NCBI RefSeq assembly: GCF_009914755.1
Contig: NC_060929.1
Strand: one strand, 5' to 3'
DNA length: 64,000 nt
Source of the DNA: the human T2T-CHM13v2.0 reference genome, Homo sapiens
The position numbers were made by a program, and so were the translations under genes. The notes beneath the pieces were generated by a model. It worked only from the letters and a program-made list of their open reading frames with translations. It searched no databases and had not been told where the DNA came from. This document shows, in pieces, positions 49,711 to 64,000 of the stretch (the stretch's first letter is position 1; every line of letters begins with the position of its first letter).

Positions 49711-52401
49711 AGGGACTATTTTTCTCCTTGTTTTACAAATAAGGACATTGAGGCACAGAAAGTTTAAGTTATTTGCCTGGGTCACACAGCAGATAAGTAA
49801 CAGAGTCATAATTAGAACTCAGGTAGTCTGCCTCCAAAGTCTGTGCTGTTCATCAGTACCTCTCCTGAACGCTTCCTTATAGCAGCTACTGTGCCAGGAG
49901 CCAGAGAGACTGGGGAGAGCAAAGCAGACATGTCCCTGTCCTTGTGAAACTTACAGGGAGACCATGGTGCAATAATCGAAGACACGGGAAATAACTACCA
50001 TGACAGCTGCGTTAAGGATTACAGTCGAGAGTTGCAAGGTTCTGGCAGGTAGACCAATGGGCTATGGGACTTGTCATCATCAGAGTGGCCAGGGAAGGAA
50101 AGCTTCCCTGGAGAGGAGGTGCTTGCTCTAAGATCTGTAGGACATGTAAGTGCTAACCAGGCAGAGATGGAGGAAAGCAGCAGCTTTAAAGGATGCAAGA
50201 CTCGAGGGTGCGGCCAGTATAGTATGCAGGCTTCTGAAGTCAAGCATTTACTCATCTATTACTCAGCACCCCATAGGCACAAGGCTCCATGGATATTGGG
50301 TCCTAGGGACACTGCTAACTGAGAAAAATCTCTCCAGCCCCAGGCAGGAACACATCTTGCTGTCAGAGATCACTGATGTCCCAGTCTGAGAGACCCAAAT
50401 TCCCATCCCTGCCTCTCATTTTCAACATCAAAAGGCTGCTATGCTTTAGATCTAAAACCCAGGATGGCATTTTTCATCTCCTCTCCTCTAGGTAGCTGGC
50501 CTTTCAAATGGGGGAGAATATCATTCCTCTTCAAAGCGGTGCAGGTGTCATTTGCTGATTTAAAAAAAAAAAAAAAGATTTTGGAAAAAGTAAGGCCTGG
50601 GTCACCAGATACACACCTGCCAGGTGTTCAGATGCTGGTCCTTCCCTGGCCCCTTAAGTGAGCCATGAAAAGGACCTGGTGATTCACCCACAGATAACGG
50701 AAGAAAGTTCTGTTACCTCTTGATAGCAGCTTTTGTGTCCACCCCATTTCCCCAGGTGGGCCGAGAGCATTGGTAGCTAATTGTAATCACTCCACACAAT
50801 TAGAGCTGTGCTGCCCCTTCCCCTAGCCAGTGGACTTCGGTACCCAGAGTGAAGCCTGCAGCCTGTGTCAGACACCAGCATGTGTAATGGGAGGAAACAG
50901 CTTCCATGTCCAGAGCGCTGGTTCCAAGGGCATCTTCAGGCACTGAAATTGGCACTGAATAGGCATGGGGAAGTTTCAGTGGAAGTGAATGGGGAGCACT
51001 GGGGGGACTTACTGAAAGACTTTCAGATACAGGGAGTATTTGACACAGCTCACCTCCAACTGGCCTGGTTTTATTCTGAATTGTTTGGAGCAGAGGAAGG
51101 GAGAGGGAAAACATAAAGATCAGGGTAATAGGTTCTAGGAGCTGACGGAGCTGATGGAGCTGAACAGGGTAGGGACCATGGAAGGTAGAGCTATTGCGCA
51201 AAAATTAGGCAGCCTCTAGGCAGGCAGGCACTTGGCTGGATCCAAGTGGCAGTGTTAGGTGCTGTGGGTGAATGCACACCCACAAGTATATGCACATTCC
51301 CTGCCTCCTGGAAGCTCACAGTTCAGCCAGTGATACATGTATAGAAGTTTGAAGCAGTAACATTAGATATGAGGTTGAATTCATGCTGACCGGATTTCTG
51401 TGGACTTCGTGGAGGCCCTGAAGGCTTTGTAGGATCTAGAAAGGCAGAAACAGATGTGGTGGGGGATAGGTTGAAGAGTCGTGGATGACTCACTAAGACA
51501 TTGAGGTGGGAAGGTATGCAGGGACTATACCACACTGTGTGGAGGAGGGGGTTCATGGAAAGGGTAAGAACTCCCAAAGGGTAGATGAAGAGCCATGAAG
51601 ACCCAGCTAAGGAAACCCATGAATGACTGGGATCCACTGGAAAGTCTTGAGCAAAGAACCGGAGGATGCAAGTGCTGCAGAGAACAGACCCCATACTGTG
51701 GACGGATTGAGAGCACAGTGGGGGCCCCTCAAGCTGTTCCACACTCTGGGCAGTAGGGTTTATCCAAGTGCCCACCACCAAGTATCTGGGCACTAGGCAG
51801 GGAGCAAGGGGTGTTTCCAGTTCCAGTGTTAAAAAATTCCATCCAATTTGTAGGTTCCAAGGAAGGATTGGGCTCCCAGAAGCTTGGAGTTCTTGTTTTA
51901 TGACCACCATCCAGCCCTAAGAGCCTGGGGGGTTTGTATGCATTTTCATTGCGCAGATGGACCTCCCAATTTTCTCAACTTTACTTCCCTTTCACATTTG
52001 CACAGACCATATAATCATGGTTTTATAGGTCATAAAGTTCACTGTGCTAGGAGATACAGAAATACTTTCTTGATGACGGGGCCAAACGTTCATTAAGTGC
52101 TTTCATGTGCCCTGCATTTGAATTTATTCATGATAGCTTCAACATTCTGAGTGTTTACTGTGGGGCAGGCACTGTGCTAACTGTGTATTATCTTGTATAC
52201 TTTTCAGGACAAGTGAAAGTGATGACCCCATTTAATAGATGAAGAAAACTGACACTCAAAGAAGGGAAATAACTTGCCCAAGATCACAGAGCTCAGGTTG
52301 GCTGGACTCTAGGACATCCCATGCCTCCACACCATGCTGCTTGTCAGCAGCAGCACGCAGAGCTGGTTGCAAAGGAGGGGCTGACATATATTAAGAGTTG
52401 A

Positions 52402-52692
52402 GGCCGGGCGTGGTGGCTCACGCCTGTAATCCCAACACTTTGGGAGGCCGAGGTGGGCGGATCACAAAGTCAAGAGGTCAAGACCATCCTGACCAACATG
52501 GTGAAACCCCGTCTCTACTAAAAATACAAAAATTAGCTGGGCGTGGTGGCGTGTGCCTGTAATCGCAGCTACTTGGGAGGCTGAGGCATGAGAATCACTT
52601 CAACCCAGGAGGCGGAGGTTGCAGTGAGCTGAGATCATGCCACTGCAGCCTGGGCGACACAGTGAGACTATGTCTCAAAAAAAAAAAAAAAA
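52402..52692 (+). mobile_element. AluSc-like
   Basis: GGCCGGGCGTGGTGGCTCACG...ggtcaagaccatcctg; TSD aagagttga / aaaagttga. Confidence 0.95.
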
Positions 52693-53967
52693 GTTGAACT
52701 TTTGCTTCTGGGATGTTTATGTTTTTTCCTAGTCTTCAGGGGTTCAGGGCTCTCAGATGTCTCCCCCACCATACCTCCACTCAGTCTTCCACTGATGACA
52801 TTTCTTAATAATTCACGTGCTTCCCCCTCGGCTCAGTTACACATTGGAGAACACTGCTGCATCTGAACCACTGTAGCTGACAAGCTATCATGCAGCTCAC
52901 CCAAACAGCAGCTTGCAAGGCCTATCCATTCTGAACATTTGGAATGGAACTCTTCTGATCCTTATTTTCCACCTAGAACAGTCATAATGGGGCAATGGGA
53001 ATGTATTGATTGTCACTGTTTTGCTTGTATACCTTGGACTGTTTCTGCAAAAGGAGATATGTTTGAGTGTTTTAAGGCAGCCTTGCAGATAGCTTCTAAA
53101 AAGAATTCACTGGCCTGAAAAAATGATTCCTAGCCTGCAGAACTTTCATTTGTCTTCCCTGTGCTTGAGAGAGTTGGGTAGCCCACAGGAAAGAACAAGT
53201 GGTGAAAACCTGGCTTCTAATCCTAAAGCTTCCAACAGCGAGTTATGGGGTCTTGGGCACATTCTTTACATTTCAGGCTCGGTTTTCTCATCTGTAGAAT
53301 GTGAGTGTTACTTTTCTCCTCCAGAATTGTCCTGTGGGTCGAGATGAGATAGCAGATGTCATAAGAGCTTTGTAAGCTACAAAGTAGATGTATATGTGTG
53401 GGATAATAGTACACAGTTTCCTGAACTAACTCATGGAGTTCTTGAAGACATCAGATGAAACAGTAGATGGGAAAATTCTGTGAAGGGAAGAAACTCTGAG
53501 CATCTCTGAAGCAGGTGCTCTTGCTCAAGCCTTAGCATTGCGTCTGTCACAGCAGGAAGCAGCGGCTGCTTGACAAAGCAGTGCAGGGGGTTCATATTCC
53601 AAGGGGAGGTTTTATTTAGAAGAGAAATTACTTAAAATAGAAGTCAAACATTTATAGTAAATATTGGGGGGAAAAGATTTGATCAGGCCTTCATTTTGAG
53701 AAATGAAACTAAAAATTTTAAAGTATATTTATACTGTATTTAACAACATACTGCAACCATGCCCCAGTTCTTAGTTTGAACAAAGTGTTGATTTATTTTT
53801 TGTGTAATTATTTGGAGACAATGAGAATAGCAGAAAAGGACATTTTTCTCTTCTCGTTTGACTTTCCCACCAGGCTCATAAGGAAGGTCATTTTTACAAA
53901 ATATTGAAGGTTTTATCTGTTTTCCTGTGGCCTTGTTTAACCCCTTGGTATCACTGAAATCCTTCTC

Positions 53968-54255
<288 letters not shown>

Positions 54256-55136
54256 GAAATCCTTCCCTTTTAAAGGGCCTGTTGTCTCTTCTTCTTTATC
54301 TTAATGGATTTTCTCCTTTTCAGTTGTTACCTGAGTAACTCAGCCATTCCTTGGGTGTGATTGAGTAGTTATTCAACATGACATTCACAAACTTCATGAA
54401 ATCCTGCCTCTTTTAGAATATTAGTGATTTCCCTTGCAGTTGACTTGGATTGTACTTGCATTGCTTTGTCAGATGCTAAGACATCCAGCAGACCCATAAA
54501 GATGTTGACAGTAAATACTGATGGCATGGACTAGACACTAATGTTAAGTGGGGAGCAATATTTGTATAGGCATTGATTTTATTATAAGTACTCAATTCAT
54601 GGGTTAATTTTTTAACTCAGCTCATAGTTTTTATATTTTGATGACTCTTATTTCTCTAAGTGATCATCTAAGTGCAGGAATCAAGATACATATCCAGTCA
54701 TTGACTTTCCCCTGATTAAGAGAGCAAGCTGTGGAGTCAGAGTGGCTGGGTTAGAATCCCAGCTTCTACTTGTACAATCTGTGTGACCCTTGATAAGATA
54801 ATTAAATTATTGGAGTCTCAGTCTTCCCCAGTGCGAGCCTGCGGGGACCCTGTGTGGTGAGAGAGGCTCTGTCCAACACCACCAGGGCAGGGAGAAACAA
54901 CTGGCCCCATTTCATAACAGAATCAGCTGGCCCAGGAGGGACCCCCAAGAGTGTTTGATTGGGATGCCCAGCCCTGGCTCTCCCTCCACCTGAAGCCCAC
55001 CGAGATTAATCGGGTACCTATGTCTGATGTCGAAAGGAAGGAGAAGGGTTTGCTGAGGACTGATCTCAGCAGGTCTGAAGTTAGGCTGAAAATCTGTGTT
55101 TTGCAAGTATAAACACTGTAAGGAGATACAAGATAC

Positions 55137-55958
55137 TTAGGAAAGCAGGGAGCAGCCCAGAGTGCGAGCCCAGTGTCACAGACTCAGAATGATCCAGGAA
55201 CCATACAGGGAAACAATGCCCGCAGAAAACAGCAGCTGCAGATGTATTTCCTCCCCTGCTCAGCTCCTCCTGCCCTGCATGAGCAAGACCCTAAGACCCT
55301 CAAGAGACCCTCAGAAAATCTGTCCAGTGCCCCAACATCAGAATGAAGGCATCTGGGGAACAGGTAGAAACACAGTGCCTGACACACCGATGCCCTTAGT
55401 AGGCGTGCCTGAAATGCTTGTTGAGAAAATAAATGCATGCAGAATACAAGACTCATTTGAATACCTCCTGTTTGACTAGGAGCAGAGGAATTCAGGTGAG
55501 CCATTGTTGAGAAACCTGTATGACTAGTTAGAATTAGTTAAAAAGTAAAAGCCGGGACCTCCCAGGGCCCATGCTTGGTATGCTGTGAGTGAGATTGTTC
55601 TGTAAGTTGGTGGTGGCTTAGAAATGATTGACAGACATGTCTTATTTTTTAATGTGACAATGGATGTTTGGTTCCATGTAAAACAATTAGAGGAGGAGCC
55701 GTTTGGTTGGTGTCAGGCACTGTGTTTCGACCTGTTTCCCAGATGCCTTCATTCTGATGTTGGGGCACTGGACAGATTTTCTGAGGGTCTCTTGAGGGTC
55801 TTAGGGTCTTGCTCATGCAGGGCAGGAAGAGCTGAGCAGGGGAGGAAATACACCTGCAGCTGCTGTTTTCTGCAGGCATTGTTTCCCTGGATGGTTCCTG
55901 GATCATTCTGAGTCTGTGACACTGGGCTCACACTCTGGGCTGCTCTCCACTTTCCTAA
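55137..55958. repeat. Long inverted repeat: 249-bp arms (55137-55385 and 55710-55958), ~96% identical, 324-bp spacer
   Basis: Manual alignment of the left arm with the reverse complement of the right arm: no gaps, 10 substitutions. Mirror ORFs appear in the track (55162+ vs 55649-; 55184- vs 55624+). Confidence 0.97.
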
Positions 55959-57769
55959 TAGGGTCCTTGGATGTCACCCCCAGACGTTGGCAATGTCCCC
56001 AGCCGACTGAGTGACAAGGGTCCTCCTCAGAGGCTAAAGCCAGCATCTCTCCAGTTCAGTTGCCCTGACTGTAGATGGGTGCTGTGTCCTGGGGCCTGGG
56101 ATGCCCTGAGTTCTCGAGTTAACCGCTGTCAGTCATGTGCCCTCCAGGGCAGACCTCAAGAAGGAGGCAGTTCCAGGGATACTGCTTATTCAGCTCACCA
56201 GGCTCGCAAGGGTCTCTTCCCTACTTCCGATCCACCTTCAGTTGATCACCCTGGCCTTGCCTGGAGAGGGAATTTGAAATTCTGTGCCCTAATCCTGACT
56301 GCTTCTCTAGGATTTCTTTGGACCTTTCGTTGAGATGCTGATATTGAAGAAAAGGTCGTGTGAAGTCCATGCTCACCCTGTTAAGAAGTGTTTGTGGGTC
56401 CCCTGCTAAAGCAGAACTGAAACCCTGTTTCTGTCATTCTGTCAGCTCGTGGCCTCAACTGGGCACAGCGCTTGGGTTCCCTCTTGTACCCTCCCTCTTG
56501 GTGTAAGGGATGGCCCTGAAGAAGGTGAAGAGCAATCTATGTGATGATCTATTTCATTTATTAGCCCGAGTGAAATTGGAGGCCTCTTTTCTTTTACAGA
56601 GTCATTGTCGAGCAAGGTCAGTCCAAAAAAAAAATCCCTATATATTTATGATTATGTATCAAGAATGATTCTGTCCCCTGGGTATACTGCAGTGCTCTAA
56701 ACAGTCCTGATCGCTGCCCTTGCAGAGGTCACTATCTCCAGAGAAAGAATGTAAGTCATTGTGAAGAGCTGGGAAGGAGAAGCAGATGGGCTGTGGGCTT
56801 ATCAAGCTGGGATCTGCCCTGTTGGAAGGGTCAGAGGAGTCATGCTCAGGAGATGGCAGTGTGACTATTAGAGATTTCTGCTATGATAACAGAGTATTGA
56901 GCACCTGTTGTATGCAAGCACTGTGCAAACACCTGGCATACCTGAGCTCCTTTATTCCCGAGATGGGTGTTACTGGCAGCCCCATTTGACAGGTTGGGGG
57001 ATGTGATGTGCACCGTTTCCTGAAGGTGGCCAAGAGAAGTGATGTGCACCGGCCACACAGCTGGCAAGTGGCAGAGCTGGTTCCTGAGCTCAGGGGACGT
57101 GACTGTGATGTGTGTGCACGGGTGTGTGCACAGGCTCAGGTAGGGTGAAGCTCAGGGAGACCCAAGCCCTCACCCTCACCCTCTCTACTGTTTTCCTGCC
57201 AAGGAGGGGCACATCCTCAGGATGTTTGCAGGCTTTATTCTGCCTGGGCAGTGACCCAGGCTCCTTTAATCCACAGCCGGATGGGAAGAGCTGCTGGCAG
57301 AGGGAAGGGCCACACATCATTGTCCCTCTCCCTGAAGCATACCTCTCAAGAAGTTCCGGGGTGGGGTGGAAGCTTGGCTGTGAGCACAGGCCTCCCTTTA
57401 TCCCACCTTGACCTCAGGTGGGCCAGAGGAGAGCCACACACATTTGCCAGCTGGGGGTGCGGCCATCACAAACAAGGACTTCTCCAAGGAGGAAATACAA
57501 AGGTGCCATCCGGAAAAGATCAAGGAGTAGTTGTCCAGGCAGGGTCTGCTGGAGAAATACAAAGAAAGAAATTATCAGCCTAGGAAAGGGCCCTAGCAGA
57601 GCCATCCTGAAGGTAGCCCAGAAGGAATTTGATTGGGGTGGGGCCAGGGGTATCCAGCCCCCACACTGCAGCCTGGGATCTTTGCTTGAGGGTGTGAGAA
57701 GAAAGGGGTTTCCCTTCTGATGGAAAAGTTCCTGAGTGGTCTGAAAATTCCAAAGCTAACACATGTCAG

Positions 57770-57970
57770 CTGCTTTCAATATGCTAGACATAATGCCTAC
57801 TGCTGTACACACGTCATCCTATAAACCTCCCCACAGCTCTGTGAGGTGGGGATGATTGTTATCCCCATTTTACATAGGAGGAAACTGAGGCACAGCAAGG
57901 TTAATACGCCCGAGATTCAAGAGCTGGCAGGTGACAGAGCGAGTTGTTGAATGGTCATGGCCGAGTCCCT
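57770..57970 (-). mobile_element. MIR
   Basis: ctgtgaggtggggatgattgttatccccattttacataggaggaaactgaggcacagcaaggttaa. Confidence 0.8.
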
Positions 57971-58899
57971 TCTGTTCCCTGTGCGTCAATTTCCCCATCT
58001 CCACAATGAGATGACCAGACACAGTGATTTCTAAAAGTCCTTTCATTACCGAATTCCCATGATTGTGTCCCAGAGACCTGTAAGGTCATTCAGCCATGCA
58101 GGTGTAGGCCTCTTGGGCACGTGGGTTTCTGACACCCCCACCCAGTTCTCTTCCCACCCCTCTGACACGCCTGTTTCTCAGCAAGCCTTCTGAAATCTTT
58201 TGTATATGACACCCCCCACCTTATAACTATAGAAAGGTTTTGTTTGTTTTTTAATGCTTTCCAGCTTTGGGCTCAGGAAATCCCTTCTTTTCTTCCCTGT
58301 AAAAGATTTCTTCCTTCCATCCCACTCTCCAGGGCCTCATCCTGGCCAAGCAGCCTCACCCTCTCCTTCAGCACAGCCCTGCAGGCTGGCTCTGTCACCT
58401 TCTCATATTTACTGAGCATCTGTAACAAGGACTTGCTCAAGGGCACACAGTCGGTAAGTGGCCACGTCAAGCTGGTACCTACATTGTGGTCTGCTGTTCA
58501 GCACACAGTAGGTCCTCAGGAGTGCTTCCTTCTTTCTCCGTCATTTGACTGGCTCTCCTTCCCTTTGCTTCTGTTTGCAGATAGAAGGTAGAGTGGGGCT
58601 GGGAGTGGGGTTGGCTGCCGTGGGCCACTGGGCGGGAGGCTCACAGCCCTTCCTGTTTTTGGAAGAATTGGTCTGGAGCAGCAGCTCCACCAACCCCAGT
58701 TCTGTGACCAACAGCGGCCTCTTAAGTAACCGTTTGTTTCCTCAAAATAACACTCCACCTTTCACCTAGCAAGAAGGATGGTTATCTGCATGGGTGCCAT
58801 CTTTCTGGGCCCTCCAAATGCGGACAGCTCACCTTTGCTGCTAAAAACACCTGCTTCACCTCCCAGCTCCAGGTCATTCCTCTGAGATCTTATGGAAAA

Positions 58900-59310
58900 G
58901 CTCTCAGCTAAATTGGACATTAAATACTAGAGGAATGGATTGGTTCACATACTGGGAAAGTCCAGAGGTCACTGTTCAATGCAGGGCTCCAGTTGTATCA
59001 TCAGGTCTTAGTTTCTCTCCTCCTGACTCTGCCTGCTGCTGTATCGGCTTCGTTCTCAGTTTGCACATGATGATCTTCTAGGATTGAAGAAAAATGCAAA
59101 AAGAGGTCTCTCTTATTCATGGCTCAGATGGAAGTCCTGAGGTTGACTTTTACTAGTCCATAGTGGGTTGTGCAGGAATGATTTAAAATCAACTGCTCAC
59201 CAAAGCACGTGGATGGAGAATCTTTAGAGAGGTGGGTTCCTCAGGAAATTTGCAATGCTGTCACCAAAAGAGGCAGAAATGGGTGCTTGGTGGCAAAAAT
59301 CCAACAACTG
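58900..59310. mobile_element. MaLR (MLT1-like) LTR remnant
   Basis: ggattggttcacatactgggaaagtccagagg...tcagatggaagtcctgaggttgact...tgctgtcaccaaaagaggcagaaatgggtgcttgg. Confidence 0.55.
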
Positions 59311-59705
59311 TTCTCCATCCCTTCCTCTGCTGGTCCCCAGGTCACAGTCCAGGAGGCTATTTGGCGTGGGTCACGAGGGTGCTTGGACTGAAGTTGAGCA
59401 TGCCTCTTCTGGACTGGCTCTCCCTTGGCTCCCTACTCTTAAACATTGTTCTGTTTTTCTCCACCCCAACATAAAGGGCATCTGGCCAAGGGCAGGACAG
59501 GAGGAAAAGGACGTGGAAGAAAGCCTATTGTTATCATGATCATTCACTCATTCATTCATTCATTCTTCTGCTCAACTATGTGCTTAATAAATGTTTATTG
59601 AGCATCTAAGACATTGCAAACAATGAGCTAAATGAGGGTTTCCAAAACTTCAGTCACTGGTGCACCCTCTTCCCAATTTTTGCCAATAGAAGTAAAATGA
59701 TGTTA

Positions 59706-60019
<314 letters not shown>

Positions 60020-61427
60020 TCCCAGCTAGATAGCCCATGGGAAGGCAATGAGCCTAGGGTCCAATCTCTCTTAGTTAACAAAGGAGCCTGGCAGAGGTTG
60101 GAGTAGTTAAAGACACAGTAGCTCCAGACTGTAGACTCTACTCTTGATTGAATCTGAAAAGCTGAAGGGTAATTGAAAAGGGAATAGCATTTTCCCTGAG
60201 AGATCCAATGTTTTTTCCTGCCTTGCAAGTGCACCTCATAAAGTCATCCTGTGTGCCACCAAAAGGCATCATATACACATGGGAAATGTATAATACTCAT
60301 GGAATCCAGAAATGAATCCAACTCGGACCTTGTCTCGAAGCGACTTCCACTCTAGGAGGCGAGAGAAGAGCAGGATACAAATGAAAGTGCCATGAGTTAG
60401 GATATGATGGAAGGAGGGGTGCAGGTGAAGGGCTGTGGGAGATGAGAAGAGGTTGCTCTCCTGGGGCCTGGCAAAGGCTGCAGGTGGGAGACAGTGTTTG
60501 CAGCAGGCCTGGATGCCTGCGGAGAATTTGACTTCCAGAGAAAGGGATTGGGCAGCCCAGGCAAAGAGGAAACGAGAAAGACCAGGGAGGTTGGAGGTGG
60601 GTGGAGAACAGCAACCAGTCCTGTCACAGCCAGGCTGTTTCTGCACCACGTGCCGCCTGCCCACTCTGGGTGTCTTGTTTATCCTTGGATCCTAATGGTG
60701 GTGTTGAGTAGACTCCACTCAGAACTGAGACGGGTGTCTGCCTAGGGACTGGCTGCTTCTCTGCACCCTCTCCACCCAAGACACACTTGTTTGCCCCACG
60801 TTCTCTGTGCAGTAACCCTCCCGTGGCAGCTGATGTGGTAGAAGCAGCAGATTCCGATCTCAGAGCTGCCCTTTGCTAGCTGTAGGACCTGCTGTCCCGT
60901 TCCTTAGAGGTCACTGAGCACCTACCTCAAAGGGCGGTCAGGAGCATCCAATGAGACAAGGCCTGGCCCATGGCAAGAGCTCAATTAACATTAACACGCA
61001 CGAGTCTTGAATACTGTCCACATGTGCTTATTGAGGCCCTCTTGGCTTCTCAAGCTTTCTGAGCCTTAGTGTCATCATCTGAAAAATGGGATGTCCGTAT
61101 CAGGTGGTCAAATAATGTTTACAAAGTGAGAACCACTTAGTATGTCTTTGGCAAATATTTCCTTTGCCTGGGTGGCTTCTGCTGTGCTTCAGGTTTATCC
61201 AGTAATTATTCAAATATCATTCATTGAGCTCTGCACTTTTTCCTGATACTCCACAAAGTATTGATATTGTTGTTCCTGTTTTATTAATTGCATGGTGCAT
61301 GGTGATTAGGAGCTTAGAACCCTGAACCTATTTGCCTGGATTCAAATCCCAGCTCTGCCACCTTCCAGCTGCAGGACCTAAGGCATGCGACTTGACCTCT
61401 CCATGCCTTAGTTTTCATCTGAAATGA

Positions 61428-61745
<318 letters not shown>

Positions 61746-62789
61746 TAATAATTTTCAATTATACAAAATAGTACCATCTCACAAGATTGCTGTGGGGATT
61801 AAATGGAGTTAATATGGGTAACTCTTAGGTCAATGCCTATTGCATAGTAATACCCTGTAAATGAAAACTATGATTGTTGCTATCATTGTTACTAATGAGG
61901 TGAAGTTACTTCATTGGCTGAACTCCAATTCGAACCCGGACCTGCATACTCCAAAGCCCACGTTCCTTCTACCCCACAGATAGCCTCCCTCCCACTCTGA
62001 ACCCCTTTTTGTGTATTTTGGGTCCTTCCAGGGGGCCTGGGAAGGTCCCCACACTCCCCTCAGCAGGTTACTCACCTCCCACCCCACATTCCCTAAGAGA
62101 AGGCCATGACTGACCTTCCCCCTACTCCCTAGGCTTTCCTGGAGGTACCCTGTGACCTGGCCTGGCTCTTCCTTCCAGACTTTTCTTCCAGTCTCATGCT
62201 GTCCTTCCAGACCCTGAGGCAGTCCTTGCCCTTTGCATGTGAAGTTCTTAAGTAAAGAGACAAGATGCTACTAGTGTGCAAACACGCGACAGCCCTGCCC
62301 CTGGCATCAGCCACTCCTGGCATCAGCCTGCCGTCGTCTTGCCAACCCTCCACCTCTCTCAGGCCTCCTGCTGCCCCTCAATGGCATGCCAGCCTCTGTC
62401 CTTCTCATCTCAACCCCAAAGAGTTAGAGTTGCTGTCCTTCCTTCACCTGACGCCCAGGGAGCCTTTGCACCTGGACCATGATCTAGAGGGCTGTTCCTC
62501 CATCACTCGCTGTGTGCCGTCAGGCCAATCAAGCGCTTCTTGAAGCCTTAGTGTCCTCCACTGTGTAGTGTGTGGTTGGGAAGGTTAAATGCAAGGTCTT
62601 ATTTATTTGGCCCGATCACTGCCAAGTCAGGGCCCAAGCTACTTCCTGCTTCCTCTACAGAACCTCCTGGGAGTAGTCCAGCATGCACGGATTTCACCTT
62701 TCTGGGAATCCTGTGTCGCCTGTTGTGAAAGTTTCATTTGGAACGATGTCTTCATTCCTCCATATACATGATCATGGATGAATGAATAG

Positions 62790-63278
<489 letters not shown>

Positions 63279-64000
63279 TGAATCTTTTCTCATTGGCTGT
63301 ATTTTCATTAAGGAAAAGCAAAATTTAAACTATTTGGATACTTTTTAAAATATATTTTAGCTAATTTACTCCTCCATTCTATCTTTTTGGGGAACCTGGG
63401 ATATGCCTAGCACTAGTGCTGTCCTAGGTACAAAAGTCATGATGCCTGCAGTTTATAAGACCTTTGAATGTTTGTCATGGACCCAATTCCCGGGTCTGAC
63501 TTGCCAGTCTAGACATCTGTGTATTCCATTCCACTGGTAAGTTTCTCCTTTGTGGACCTGCCTTAGTTCCATCATTTCAGTCTTCCCAGGGAGGGTTCTC
63601 AGGGCCCGTTCTTTGGTCATTTCCAGTGTGCTGTGGGGTGTGTAGAGAGCATTGAGCTTCCAGAGTGAACAGTTTTGTGGCCTGCAGCAGGCCCTGGAGT
63701 AGGGCTATATGCTCTGTATCCCTGGAAGTCTTTGTTAGGCTGGCTTTGTAAGCAATAGGCTCAGGGACTTTGCTTCAGGAGGTAAAAAGCAAGACCAAAA
63801 ACGCCCCCAAAGTTTTCCTCTTAGAGAGGAGGAGATGGCCACAAGCCTTCTGCTATGTTCATTCAGCAGATATTAGGGAGCCTCAACTCTGCCAGGGCCT
63901 GTGTTTGGTCATAGGAAGACAATGGTGAACTCTGCAGGTGTGACTCTGTTGGAATGGGAGAGACAGACAGTCAACATATCAACACACAAATACAGTGACA

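Noticed and set aside
55162-55931. Paired similar ORFs (MIQEP.RETMPAENSSCRC...) suggesting a duplicated small gene
   Set aside because: A by-product of the inverted repeat; no splice structure, promoter or recognisable domain.
58827-58840. GCTCACCTTTGCTG (LTFA), resembling my recollection of WWC1 exon 2 (YTKPLTFADC...)
   Set aside because: The match does not extend on either side and no second WW domain is encoded; chance similarity. Exon 2 lies outside the window.
61910-61960. tRNA B-box-like ttcgaaccc
   Set aside because: Part of a tRNA-derived MIR remnant; no cloverleaf.

Overview
Human (primate) genomic DNA covering the 5' end of WWC1 (KIBRA, a Hippo-pathway WW-domain scaffold) on the + strand. 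A CpG-island promoter (~340-1620) contains coding exon 1 (ATG at 1023, [39 protein letters not shown], the first WW domain), which ends at a GT donor at 1142. The remaining ~63 kb is intron 1, and exon 2 is not reached. The intron holds about 40 Alus plus L1, L2, MIR, hAT-family DNA transposon and MaLR fossils. Nearly all ORFs in the supplied track are Alu, L1 or low-complexity artefacts. The most unusual structure is a non-Alu inverted duplication: two 249-bp arms at ~96% identity (55137-55385 and 55710-55958) around a 324-bp spacer, predicted to fold into a long dsRNA hairpin in the pre-mRNA. Other points of interest are four upstream AUGs in the leader, a direct duplication fused to a minisatellite (~18.0-18.9 kb), a TEAD/TCF/FOX/HNF1 motif cluster (~38.3 kb), a candidate poison micro-exon (~16.3 kb), candidate internal first exons (~24.6-25.7 kb) and several composite Alus. 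Repeat boundaries and subfamilies were read by eye and are approximate.
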